Source: Schlesneria sp. (GTDB taxonomy: Bacteria; Planctomycetota; Planctomycetia; Planctomycetales; Planctomycetaceae). Taken from it: a DNA stretch of 64,000 nucleotides. This document shows positions 48,780-56,610 of the stretch, piece after piece (position 1 is the stretch's first letter; each line of letters begins with the position of its first letter). The notes under the pieces were generated by a model. The model did no database searches, was not told the origin of the DNA, and saw nothing but the letters and a program-made list of their open reading frames with translations. The stretch covers positions 757 to 64,756 of the forward strand of contig JAYTGQ010000391.1 in NCBI GenBank assembly GCA_043733345.1. Direction: 5' to 3'. The translations under genes and the position numbers were made by a program.

Positions 48780-48806
48780 CTTCAAAGCAAGCGAGGATGT
48801 CGTCTC

Positions 48807-49193
48807 ATGTCCATAAACGCAATTTCAGATGATGCTCAACAAGTGCCGGTCCTGAAAGGCCACACCATTGGCTTCGCCGATACACCAGCGGTCTGCGTGG
48901 CGATGGAGCAAGCACTCAACAAGGCGGGTTTTCCAGACGCTCGGATCTTGATGCTGCACGGTGCTGCCGAGATCCCTGCGCTGGAACGATTGATGGGAGG
49001 TTCTTCGTGGGGCGAAAGCGCAGAGAAGCTTTTAACGCAGGGAACGGCTGAGTTGCGCAGCGACCATTCGGTGGTCTGCGTTGAAGTTCAAAATGTAGAG
49101 CAGGCGGCGACCGTCGCTGCGATATCGACACAATGCGGCGTGCGGAGCATTTATCACTTTGGAGATTTCGTTGATACGCAACTGACGCCATGA
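48807..49193 (+). CDS. Hypothetical protein
   Basis: GAGG RBS; 128-aa globular-looking ORF in the operon direction. Confidence 0.65.
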   Translation: MSINAISDDAQQVPVLKGHTIGFADTPAVCVAMEQALNKAGFPDARILMLHGAAEIPALERLMGGSSWGESAEKLLTQGTAELRSDHSVVCVEVQNVEQAATVAAISTQCGVRSIYHFGDFVDTQLTP

Positions 49194-49277
49194 AGCAACC
49201 AACGGGTGCGGCAGATGGTCCCGTGTCGGCACACGGGACACCGCACTTTCCGCTGTTGACCACGAAAGAAATAAATC

Positions 49278-49487
49278 ATGAAGAAGCTATGCACCGTGCT
49301 GATCGTACTGGCGATTCTCGTCGTGGGCGTCGGCTTCTATCGAGGCTGGTTCGTTCTGTCGAGCAAGGGAAACTCCGCGAGTCACAAGGTCAACGTCAAT
49401 CTGACGGTGGACCAAGACAAAATGAAAGAGGATGGCGCGAAGCTGAAGGAAAAGACAAAGAAGCTAACGGGACAAACCCATGACTGA
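49278..49487 (+). CDS. Small single-TM protein
   Basis: N-terminal TM (VLIVLAILVVGVGFYRGWF) and VNLTVDQDKMKED tail. Confidence 0.75.
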   Translation: MKKLCTVLIVLAILVVGVGFYRGWFVLSSKGNSASHKVNVNLTVDQDKMKEDGAKLKEKTKKLTGQTHD

Positions 49488-49567
49488 CACCCTACGCCGA
49501 TCGCCTTCTTGAAGTCCGGCTCACAAAGCGAATCCGGACTTCGGTAATGAAGAAAGACTTTATAATC

Positions 49568-49876
49568 ATGACTGACTCGCAAGATTGTGGAATGGCAACG
49601 GACAAGGCACGCAAGCTGAAAAGCTTTTACATTCATCTCTTGGTGTTCGTGCTGGTGAACGCGGGGTTGCTCGCCATGAACAGTATCCGACAACCGGACA
49701 AAATGTGGTCTTATTGGGTGTTCCTCGGATGGGGTGCCGGGATTTTGCTTCATGCGACCAAAGTATTCTCCTGCAGTGTCTGCAATAAATGGTGGAGACG
49801 CAAAAACAACACGTTGGTAAAGGGGGCGAATTCCGAAGTGAGCACGCAGCCACAACCGTCCTCGATAACGAAGTAG
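49568..49876 (+). CDS. 2TM domain protein
   Basis: KLKSFYIHLLVFVLVN...WSYWVFLGWGAGILLHATKVF. Confidence 0.8.
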   Translation: MTDSQDCGMATDKARKLKSFYIHLLVFVLVNAGLLAMNSIRQPDKMWSYWVFLGWGAGILLHATKVFSCSVCNKWWRRKNNTLVKGANSEVSTQPQPSSITK

Positions 49877-49894
49877 AGGCCGTTTATAAAACGG

Positions 49895-50030
49895 AGCCGC
49901 AGTCACTTCTCGATTTACGGTGGAGTAGTCTGGCCCCCTTGGTCCGGACGAAATGCTCAACGGCGATTGCGAAGGGATACGTCTGGACCAAGGGTCCAGA
50001 CTACGAGCGCCGGAAAGTGATTGCGGCCCC
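49895..50030. repeat. Nested double-stem element, copy 1
   Basis: Outer stem GCCGCAGTCACTTC / GAAAGTGATTGCGGC; inner ~24-bp stem 49926-50003; second copy at 50945-51085. Confidence 0.75.
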
Positions 50031-50134
50031 GTCCCTGCGAGTACTGTCGGAAGAACGCGGTGACCTCGGTGGCGAGTCTCATAGCCGGGCACAAAATCAC
50101 GGGATTGAAGATCTGATTGAAAGCGAGCGGACAA

Positions 50135-50284
50135 ATGTTGTGGACCATTTTTGTAGTGCTGTTGATCCTGTGGGTATTGGGAGTGGTCACCTCCACCACG
50201 CTCGGGGGATTCATCCACCTGCTGCTCGTCATCGCCATCGCGGTGGTGTTGATCCGCATCATTCAGGGACGGCCACCGATGTAA
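50135..50284 (+). CDS. lmo0937-family small membrane protein (49 aa; not in ORF track)
   Basis: MLWTIFVVLLILWVLGVVTSTTLGGFIHLLLVIAIAVVLIRIIQGR. Confidence 0.92.
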   Translation: MLWTIFVVLLILWVLGVVTSTTLGGFIHLLLVIAIAVVLIRIIQGRPPM

Positions 50285-50351
50285 TCGCGGCCGCCTCACA
50301 CAACGCAACTCAACCAAGACAAGCCAGGCGTTTCTGGCGAAAGGCAAGCTC

Positions 50352-50771
50352 ATGTCGATCAAAGCGGGGGTGTGGATTGACCATCATAAAGCGGTCGTGG
50401 TCCTGATAAATGGGGGCGGGGAAGAGATCAAACAGATCGACTCCCACGTTGACAAGGTCTTTGCGTCGGCGGGTGGTCCGGAAATGCGGCACCCGAACCG
50501 GCCTGAAGGATTTATGCCCGAGGACAAGCAGGAAAATAAGTTCATGAACGAACTCAACACGTACTACGACGAGGTTCTCGCGTCCCTGGGTGACGTGGAT
50601 TCGCTGCTGATCCTCGGGCCTGGCGAAGCGAAGGGCGAGTTTCAGAAGCGTCTGAAGAGCAAGAAGTTTCCGGCGGAGCTCGTTGAGCTTGAGACGACAG
50701 ACAAGCTGTCGGATCGTCAGCTTGCGGCCAGAGTGCGTCAGCACTTTTGTGAGACGCCGAGCATCTCATGA
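50352..50771 (+). CDS. Host attachment / eRF1-related (baeRF-like) small protein
   Basis: GVWIDHHKAVVV...YYDEV...LILGPGEAKGEF...ETTDKLSDRQLAA. Confidence 0.8.
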   Translation: MSIKAGVWIDHHKAVVVLINGGGEEIKQIDSHVDKVFASAGGPEMRHPNRPEGFMPEDKQENKFMNELNTYYDEVLASLGDVDSLLILGPGEAKGEFQKRLKSKKFPAELVELETTDKLSDRQLAARVRQHFCETPSIS

Positions 50772-50944
50772 AGTGAGCGACAGCAACGAATCGACCCGTC
50801 GGAATGCAGCAACGAGAGGACGCGGGACTTCCCCAGTCTTGGTTCGCTGTTCGATAAACAGGGGCGCGTCCATTGCGGCTTGGCCAATAGTGACCTCGCC
50901 TCGATCCGCGCGGTTTGAGGACTGAATTCGCTTCGCTCAGCAAC

Positions 50945-51085
50945 GGGGCCGCAATCGCTTCCTAATTTTCAGTGACGTAATCTGGACCCCTTGGTCCGGA
51001 CGAAATGCTCGACAATAACGACGACTGCGAAGGGAAACGTCCGGATCAAGGGATCCAGACTACGAGTGGAAAATGATTGCGGCCA
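50945..51085. repeat. Nested double-stem element, copy 2
   Basis: GGCCGCAATCGCTTCC / GGAAAATGATTGCGGCC outer stem; inner stem 50978-51062 with G-C/G.U exchanges relative to copy 1. Confidence 0.75.
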
Positions 51086-51148
51086 CGAAGTCTTACCTCT
51101 GACAAGTCCAATGTCTGAGACAAGGATTGGTTGACTCCAAGGACAGGC

Positions 51149-51373
51149 ATGGGTGACTTGCCTCCCAAAATATCCCGCAGTGCCCAAGGCAACATCGTGC
51201 AGATCGAGCAGGAGTTCGCACGGCAGCGTTCCAAGGTGGACCGCCTGGGTGAAACGATCAGCCGTTGCGCCGGAAGCCTTGGCTTTGCGATCACTCACAT
51301 TTGTAGTGTTGTCGGTTGGCTGACGATCAATGCGGAACTGACCACACTTCGTCCGTTCGCCCCCTATTCATTT
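51149..51373 (+). pseudogene. DUF1003 membrane protein truncated by IS insertion
   Basis: IEQE...RQRSKVDRLGETISRCAGS...H...W..IN...PFAPYSF (family PFDPYPF) ends at the IS end GGGTGTAACC. Confidence 0.75.
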
Positions 51374-51940
51374 GGGTGTAACCGGCGTTCCGGGATGTGG
51401 TTTTGAGATGGCGGTGGGTGTGAGTGGCCAGTGGATGGATTGAAAGTGGATGGATTGCCGTTGAAGAGTGGTTGGGTGGAGGCGTTGGGTTTCGTGTTGG
51501 ATGCGGAAGTCTTGGAAAGTTTCCCAATCGCCGTTGGCTCGGATGGCGCGCAGGGTGAGCATGGCTTGGGTGCCGGGGATTTTCCAACGCATGCCGCTGC
51601 GTTCCATGCGGTCGCAGTGTTTCATTCTGTGTTTGGCCAGATGGCGGCAGGCGCCTTCGATCACGCCGGTGGCGAGGTATTCGTCGTACTGCAGGCGGTG
51701 CAGGTTGGATTCCAGGAACCCGGTCAGCGTGCGGAGCTTGACCTTGGCCGAGCAGGTGAGTCCGCGCTGCGTGCCCTGGCTGCGCAGATCGGCGATGACC
51801 GACTTGGCCTGTCCTTGCAAGCCGCGCAGCAGGCGGCGTCTGACGAACGCGATCGCTGCGGGGCTGGCTTCCTTGTGGAACAGATGCGCCGCGTCGGGGA
51901 TGGGAGACTCGGGAAGGACAGCCGCTTCGGCGAGCATCTC
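51374..51940 (-). mobile_element. Degenerate ISKra4/ISLre2-type (IS256 superfamily) transposase 3' part
   Basis: YDEYL..TGVIEGACRHL...DRMERSGMRW...QAMLTLRAIRANGDW; internal deletion and duplication; N-terminal half absent; element end ...GTTACACCC. Confidence 0.8.
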
Positions 51941-52008
51941 CTTCGGTGCGCCCAGCGCGTCGTGACGGTTCACCGGACTGGGCCTGACACGGGTTCGATG
52001 GCCATGAA

Positions 52009-52128
52009 GACGTTTCCGACAGAAGTCGATTCCCACGCCGGTCGTAGCTGAATTCGCAAGAATTCAGACTCAAATGAACGAGCGTCTGAACTCTTGCGAG
52101 TTCAACTACGACTTTTGTCGGAAACGTC
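52009..52128. mobile_element. MITE family M4 (120 bp)
   Basis: TIRs GACGTTTCCGACAGAAGTCG / CGACTTTTGTCGGAAACGTC; same family as 6181-6471 and 57083-57100. Confidence 0.75.
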
Positions 52129-52230
52129 AATGAACTCGTAGAGATGGTCCCGCTCAAGCTGAGAGCGCAGTGTGTGGTACAGACGCTCCGCGATCACAAC
52201 CGCCTCTTGATCTTCGCCCAGCTTCACCAT
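52102..52230 (-). pseudogene. Truncated second DUF5678-like ORF (42 aa)
   Basis: MVKLGEDQEAVVIAERLYHTLRSQLERDHLYEF parallels IAKRAKELYEACWRAELERDPLPEF of the upstream gene, then runs into the M4 TIR. Confidence 0.55.
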
Positions 52231-52673
52231 GAGTCGCCTCCGTGGCTTTCGCCATTGGTTCGCACTCTTGCGGACGCGATCTGTTCAATCTGCATTCCGA
52301 CCATCTTGATCGCACAGTCATGGCCGATGCGCAGCGTGAATGTCACCCGATCAGGATGGGCATGTCTCGCCGAGCGAATGGCGTCACGAAAACTCTTGCC
52401 GAGGAAATACGTTGCTAACTCCGGTTCCATCGCGGCGAACTCAGGCAGAGGATCTCGTTCCAACTCGGCCCGCCAGCAGGCTTCGTAGAGTTCTTTGGCC
52501 CTCTTGGCGATCTCGCGAGAATCGGCTCGGTCAACCTTGATCGCTCCAACCTTGTTCTCGAAGACATCCGACAACCGTGCTGGCTGGGCGCGCCTTGCGC
52601 CCGCAGGTATCAGCCTCAGCGTCCAAGCCGCGAATTGGGCCGCACGGGCTACGATTTGGTGGCGCAACGGCAA
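52224..52673 (-). CDS. DUF5678-like small protein (true start probably ~52535)
   Basis: EIAKRAKELYE...LERDPLPEFAAMEPELATYFLGKSFRDAIRSARHAHPDRVTFTLRIG. Confidence 0.55.
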   Translation of the reverse strand: MPLRHQIVARAAQFAAWTLRLIPAGARRAQPARLSDVFENKVGAIKVDRADSREIAKRAKELYEACWRAELERDPLPEFAAMEPELATYFLGKSFRDAIRSARHAHPDRVTFTLRIGHDCAIKMVGMQIEQIASARVRTNGESHGGDSW

Positions 52674-53698
52674 AGTGGATGGCCGCCCGGTTTACCAACC
52701 AGTCGATCAACTCCGCTTTCGTGGTCCTTCAGCCGATGAATCGTGACCGCGTCCGGCCGGATTTCGGCGATCACCGTACCAGCACATGCGAGGTTCCGAG
52801 GTTTGCCACTCGTGGTGACATCGCGACGGCGTAGCGAACGGCAAGGCTCATCGGGCGTTCGCACACCAGGCCGAAGTGATTCGACATCATCCGAACACTG
52901 CTTCGTGACCTGCGTGCATAAAACTTGGAACTGCTGCTGGACGAGTTTTTCAATGACTCGTTGTCGGGGATGTCCATCGCCATTGCTTGTCCCAACGGAG
53001 ACCACGGCAAACTTCGGTCGTAAAGCTGACTCGTACAGGAAGGCGAGATCAGCGGCTTCGGATTTGTCTGAATCAGCGACTTTGCCACCGTGATGAGGAA
53101 CAGCACATACATCACATGAAATGGGCGCTCCACCATTTCGGAGATTGACTTGTCTCCACTGTTTGACCGTCGAGTCTCCCGGAAAAACGATGCGTCGTTC
53201 ACCACAATCCAGAGACAGGATTCCACTCGTCGCGTTCGGTTTTCGTCCAGCCTGTGCCGACCAGTTCTCGATGAGAGTTGGCGAATACAAGCGAAGGCGA
53301 ATGCCCGTGGTGCCATCGGCGAACAACTCACGAACCGTGCCATCGCATTCCAAGCGAACTGGTGGCGCGGATAATCTCTTTGACCGTAGCTCCGACTCGA
53401 TCAAGGAATACAACGGCGACTCACCGATGGGGCGATCTTGAAGGACGTAAAGTTGATCGATCGCATTGGGATATGCGGAAAGGACACCTGTGGCACCGCC
53501 CAAATGGTCTGAGTCATTATGGGAGATGACAAGGGCGACGATCCGATCGACGTACCGTTTGAGCAGTTTTAGCGGCACGAACGAGCCGGCCTTGGGGCCG
53601 CAATCGATGACGATCGCACGCCGGTTCCCCAACAAGACAACCTGTGATGTCCCTTGTCCAACGTCGAGGAAAAAGCATTCGCTGACCGGTGGAAGCAT
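52649..53698 (-). CDS. Stand-alone ComEC/Rec2-type metallo-beta-lactamase fold hydrolase (putative nuclease) with Cys-rich tail
   Basis: FLDVGQG, VIDCG, ISHNDSDHLGG, NATS, FPGD, VPHHGG, SVG...GHP motifs; no ComEC membrane channel; six Cys in the last ~95 aa. Confidence 0.88.
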   Translation of the reverse strand: MLPPVSECFFLDVGQGTSQVVLLGNRRAIVIDCGPKAGSFVPLKLLKRYVDRIVALVISHNDSDHLGGATGVLSAYPNAIDQLYVLQDRPIGESPLYSLIESELRSKRLSAPPVRLECDGTVRELFADGTTGIRLRLYSPTLIENWSAQAGRKPNATSGILSLDCGERRIVFPGDSTVKQWRQVNLRNGGAPISCDVCAVPHHGGKVADSDKSEAADLAFLYESALRPKFAVVSVGTSNGDGHPRQRVIEKLVQQQFQVLCTQVTKQCSDDVESLRPGVRTPDEPCRSLRRRDVTTSGKPRNLACAGTVIAEIRPDAVTIHRLKDHESGVDRLVGKPGGHPLCRCATKS

Positions 53699-53701
53699 TG
53701 G

Positions 53702-54415
53702 CTAGTCCCAGGTTGCCTCGGGAAGACTGCTCGTTGTCGCCCAGCCATCAAACGCACTTTGAATCTGACTCTCAGACAGTCGGTCGAATTGGGGAAGACG
53801 TTGAACGGTTCGGATCTTCAATAACCGCCCGGTTTCCTTATCGAGATCGGCAAATGCCTCGAACCACTGCCCCGGCTGGAACCCGGCCATTTCGGGAGGC
53901 ACGTTCTCAGGAGACCACGTTTCGGTGGCTCCAGAGACCCACCGAATCTTCTGATGACGATTCCGCATGTCGATGGCTTGACCAATGCGGCGAACGGTCA
54001 ATGGTCGGGCGTTCTCGTAAACGTCCACGTCGATCACCGACTTGAGGACATCCCATTTCAGACGATCGCCCTCATTCATCTCGAACAGCCGCTGGCCAAA
54101 CAGTTGTTGGAAGGCAATGTGGACTTGGTTAGACCAATCCTGCATTGCCGCCGAGAGTGTTGGTCCGCGCCCGACGAAACAGTTGCCCGTTGCATCAACG
54201 ACAAATTCACCATCACGGAATTGGGCACATCGCGGTGGAAGAAAACGCCCCGTTGCGCTTTCGCGAAACGGGTACGTCGCTTCACCGACAGTGACTTCTC
54301 GGATTGTCCGCTGAAGCACGCTGTAATCGGTCTGGAATTGTCGCCATTCCTGAACGGACGGCGTGAATTCATTGTCTATCGTCGGCCGCACGTATGCGGG
54401 CGGAGCAAGCAGCAT
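53702..54415 (-). CDS. Hypothetical protein with possible HicB-like central domain
   Basis: 237 aa between two recognisable genes (13 and 3 bp gaps); EFVVDATGNCFVGRGPTLSAAMQDW resembles the HicB beta-beta-beta-alpha GxTxxEA motif. Confidence 0.75.
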   Translation of the reverse strand: MLLAPPAYVRPTIDNEFTPSVQEWRQFQTDYSVLQRTIREVTVGEATYPFRESATGRFLPPRCAQFRDGEFVVDATGNCFVGRGPTLSAAMQDWSNQVHIAFQQLFGQRLFEMNEGDRLKWDVLKSVIDVDVYENARPLTVRRIGQAIDMRNRHQKIRWVSGATETWSPENVPPEMAGFQPGQWFEAFADLDKETGRLLKIRTVQRLPQFDRLSESQIQSAFDGWATTSSLPEATWD

Positions 54416-54427
54416 GATTTATTTCCT

Positions 54428-55225
54428 CTATTCAACATTTGGCTCGAACAACGTCCACCCAGCGGGAGTAAAACAGGCATTGAAGCAGGTAAACAGGTTG
54501 GTGTGTGCTTCATTCAAGCGAAGGACTATTGTCTCCGCACCACTGTTTTCAATCTCTTGACAGTCTGAGTGCCATTCCAAGCGAAACCGATACGGCTCGT
54601 GGTTGGGAGCATCGGAACGTCCGCCAAGTTCGCTTCCAAAATGCATACTGACTCGATCTCTCGGGTCTCCTCCTCGAAACGCTAGCCGGATCGCGAACTT
54701 TTCAACGGGTTCAAATGGAGCCCCCGGCAGTTGAGGATGGACTCGGAAGTAATCTTCGACTCGGAGTTGCCCGTTTGTTGCAACAGGCACCTCTACGAGA
54801 TCAACATAATGCAGCCCTGCCTGCTGAACCTCTCGCCGACCAAACTGGTCGTTGTGCCGATCTAGGAAGCTAAACGCAGCGTCACGCAACGACGTGAATC
54901 CGGGATAATCTGCTTCGCGTCTCGTAAATCCAAACCGCAAAACATTTCTGCCGACTTCAAGCCACCTTCGTCCGTTGCCGTCACGAATTCGAACTCGTTC
55001 AACCGTTGTTTGACCACGAATTTCTTTGGGGACTCCCGTCGAAGATCGGCTCACGATCTGAATCGTGTCGGTTTGGACAAACTCAAACTCGGGGTCAACG
55101 AACTCGGATACCAAATTCTCCAGAAAACTAAGCGCAACCTTGTGATCCCAACTCGTCGAATCACCATCACCGAATGAAAAGCCAATCCACGCTTCCGTGA
55201 TTGGTGGCCGTTTCAACTCTCCCAT
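54428..55225 (-). CDS. TIGR04255-family protein
   Basis: N-terminal LKRPPITEAWIGFSF, central YPGF and GLHYVD, C-terminal LNEAHTNLFTCFNACFT pattern; GAGG RBS before ATG. Confidence 0.8.
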   Translation of the reverse strand: MGELKRPPITEAWIGFSFGDGDSTSWDHKVALSFLENLVSEFVDPEFEFVQTDTIQIVSRSSTGVPKEIRGQTTVERVRIRDGNGRRWLEVGRNVLRFGFTRREADYPGFTSLRDAAFSFLDRHNDQFGRREVQQAGLHYVDLVEVPVATNGQLRVEDYFRVHPQLPGAPFEPVEKFAIRLAFRGGDPRDRVSMHFGSELGGRSDAPNHEPYRFRLEWHSDCQEIENSGAETIVLRLNEAHTNLFTCFNACFTPAGWTLFEPNVE

Positions 55226-55286
55226 TTTCGTCCTCAACAGTCTGAATGCAGTTCCGAGAGACTATTTGTCGGCTGTTTCCAGAATT

Positions 55287-55345
55287 CTACCCTACCGAAA
55301 TCTGTACAAGTTCGCCGCGTTTCTCTTGAAGCTCGCCGGGTGCCA
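55287..55345 (-). pseudogene. Duplicate of thiC extreme 3' end
   Basis: Encodes ELQEKRGELVQISVG*, paralleling QLQEKRGDLVELTVP* at 56279-56330; 22 bp identical (55312-55333 = 56304-56325). Confidence 0.6.
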
Positions 55346-55671
55346 CGGGCGGCAGCTCGGGGCCGCCCGTGTTTAGCTCAGTCAGCATCGCCCATTCTCG
55401 GTCACTCCGCCAGCGTTTCCACGGGTTGAAATCGCAGGCGCGCTGGCAGGAGAGGGTGAGATCGACCAAGGTGCTGAGGCCGGGTTCGACTTTCCCATTC
55501 GACTGTGGGGAGCGGCTCGGTGGCCGACCAGTCCCGACTGCGGAAGCGTCGGCGGCCGGGCGGGGTAGCATGCGCACCGCTGCCCCCGAATCCTGTCGTG
55601 CCATGCCGCCCGAGTCGGCTTGAGCCGAATCTCCATTTGTCACCCCAGCCAAGCTGTTCCGCGACCGTTGC

Positions 55672-55896
55672 TCAACTGTGGTTCTGAAGTGCGAGCAGAT
55701 CCCTCGCCTTCTGAATGCCGAGGTACTCGTCGATCTCGCCGCGCAGGTGTTCGATCACGTCCATCGGGCCTTCCAACCGCAAGGCCAACTGCGACGGGTG
55801 CATCGTCTCCGCCTGTCGCAGCAAGTCGGCGACGAACTCTTCCATGTTTCGCAATTGTTGCCGGGCCTGAGTCAGCGCGGCGGCGTCTTCGATCAT
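55672..55896 (-). CDS. Small helical protein, putative partner/antitoxin of DUF6932-like NTase
   Basis: 74 aa, ATGA-coupled to the upstream NTase; IEHLRGEIDEYLG C-terminal helix. Confidence 0.7.
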   Translation of the reverse strand: MIEDAAALTQARQQLRNMEEFVADLLRQAETMHPSQLALRLEGPMDVIEHLRGEIDEYLGIQKARDLLALQNHS

Positions 55897-56185
55897 GGTC
55901 GCACCCTGACAAGCCCCTTGGTCCGTTGAGGCTGATTGCGGACCTGACTGAAAAAATCCACGAACCGATCCTATTCCAGAGAGTGTGGCATCACCACGAA
56001 CAAGTCCAAGCCGAATGTGCGCTGGATGCGCCTCCGCGACCGCAGGTTGTACTCGAATGGCGAAACACTTTGGCTCACATCGTAACCGTCAGGCAGCACC
56101 AGGACGACATCCATGTCATTCGGCTCCGGCTCATCGGTCACGAAGCTGCCATCCACCAGGACGGCTTGCGCCAACGGCCAGCAAC
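55893..56185 (-). pseudogene. DUF6932-like minimal nucleotidyltransferase, 5'-truncated with internal amber
   Basis: VLVDGSFVTDEPEPNDMDVV (GS-DxD Pol-beta NTase motif); in-frame TAG at 55971-55973, then DRFVDFFSQVR...KGLVRVRP*. Confidence 0.75.
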
Positions 56186-56278
56186 ATGGACCGGGTGACT
56201 CCACAATGGATCGCGAGGATGAGTTCCCTTGAACAAAGCTCCGGCTTGGGAACGAGACTCCACGCACCCTACTTGCTG

Positions 56279-56610
56279 TTACGGCACAGTCAACTCGACT
56301 AAGTCGCCGCGTTTCTCTTGAAGCTGCCGGGCCGTTTCGGGGTCGACGTAATCGCTGTGGCAGGAGGCTTTGGCTTCTGCTTCGGCGGTCATCGTCTTCT
56401 TGGTCTTGGTCTTGGCGGCGAGGCGGTGGATTTCGTCGGGGCTGAAGACGCCGCGTTTGCTCAGGATGTCTTGCTGTTCGGGGGTGAGAGCGGCGGAGAC
56501 TTTGGCCTTTTCCCATTGGTAGTTCTCGTCCTTGCCCGAGGTGAATTCGACGATCTCCTTGCTGATGCGGACGCTGCACCAGTCGTGGCCGCACATGGCG
56601 CAGATGTCGG
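56279..56610 (-). pseudogene. thiC: Phosphomethylpyrimidine synthase C-terminal fragment
   Basis: CAMCGHDWCSVRISKEI = ThiC CX2CX4C [4Fe-4S] motif; no N-terminal body; begins next to a MITE TIR. Confidence 0.8.

Noticed and set aside
35900-49600. Shared sigma-54 or SigB promoter motif upstream of stress genes
   Set aside because: Several GGCAC cores were seen but none had a correctly spaced TTGC, and no GTTT-N14-GGGTAT was found by eye; needs motif discovery.
52649-53698. Competence gene comEC
   Set aside because: No membrane channel or DUF4131/OB domain and no competence neighbours; only the MBL domain is present.
55971-55973. Programmed amber read-through (pyrrolysine) in the NTase
   Set aside because: The gene is also 5'-truncated and no pyl genes or PYLIS-like context are visible; a nonsense mutation is simpler.
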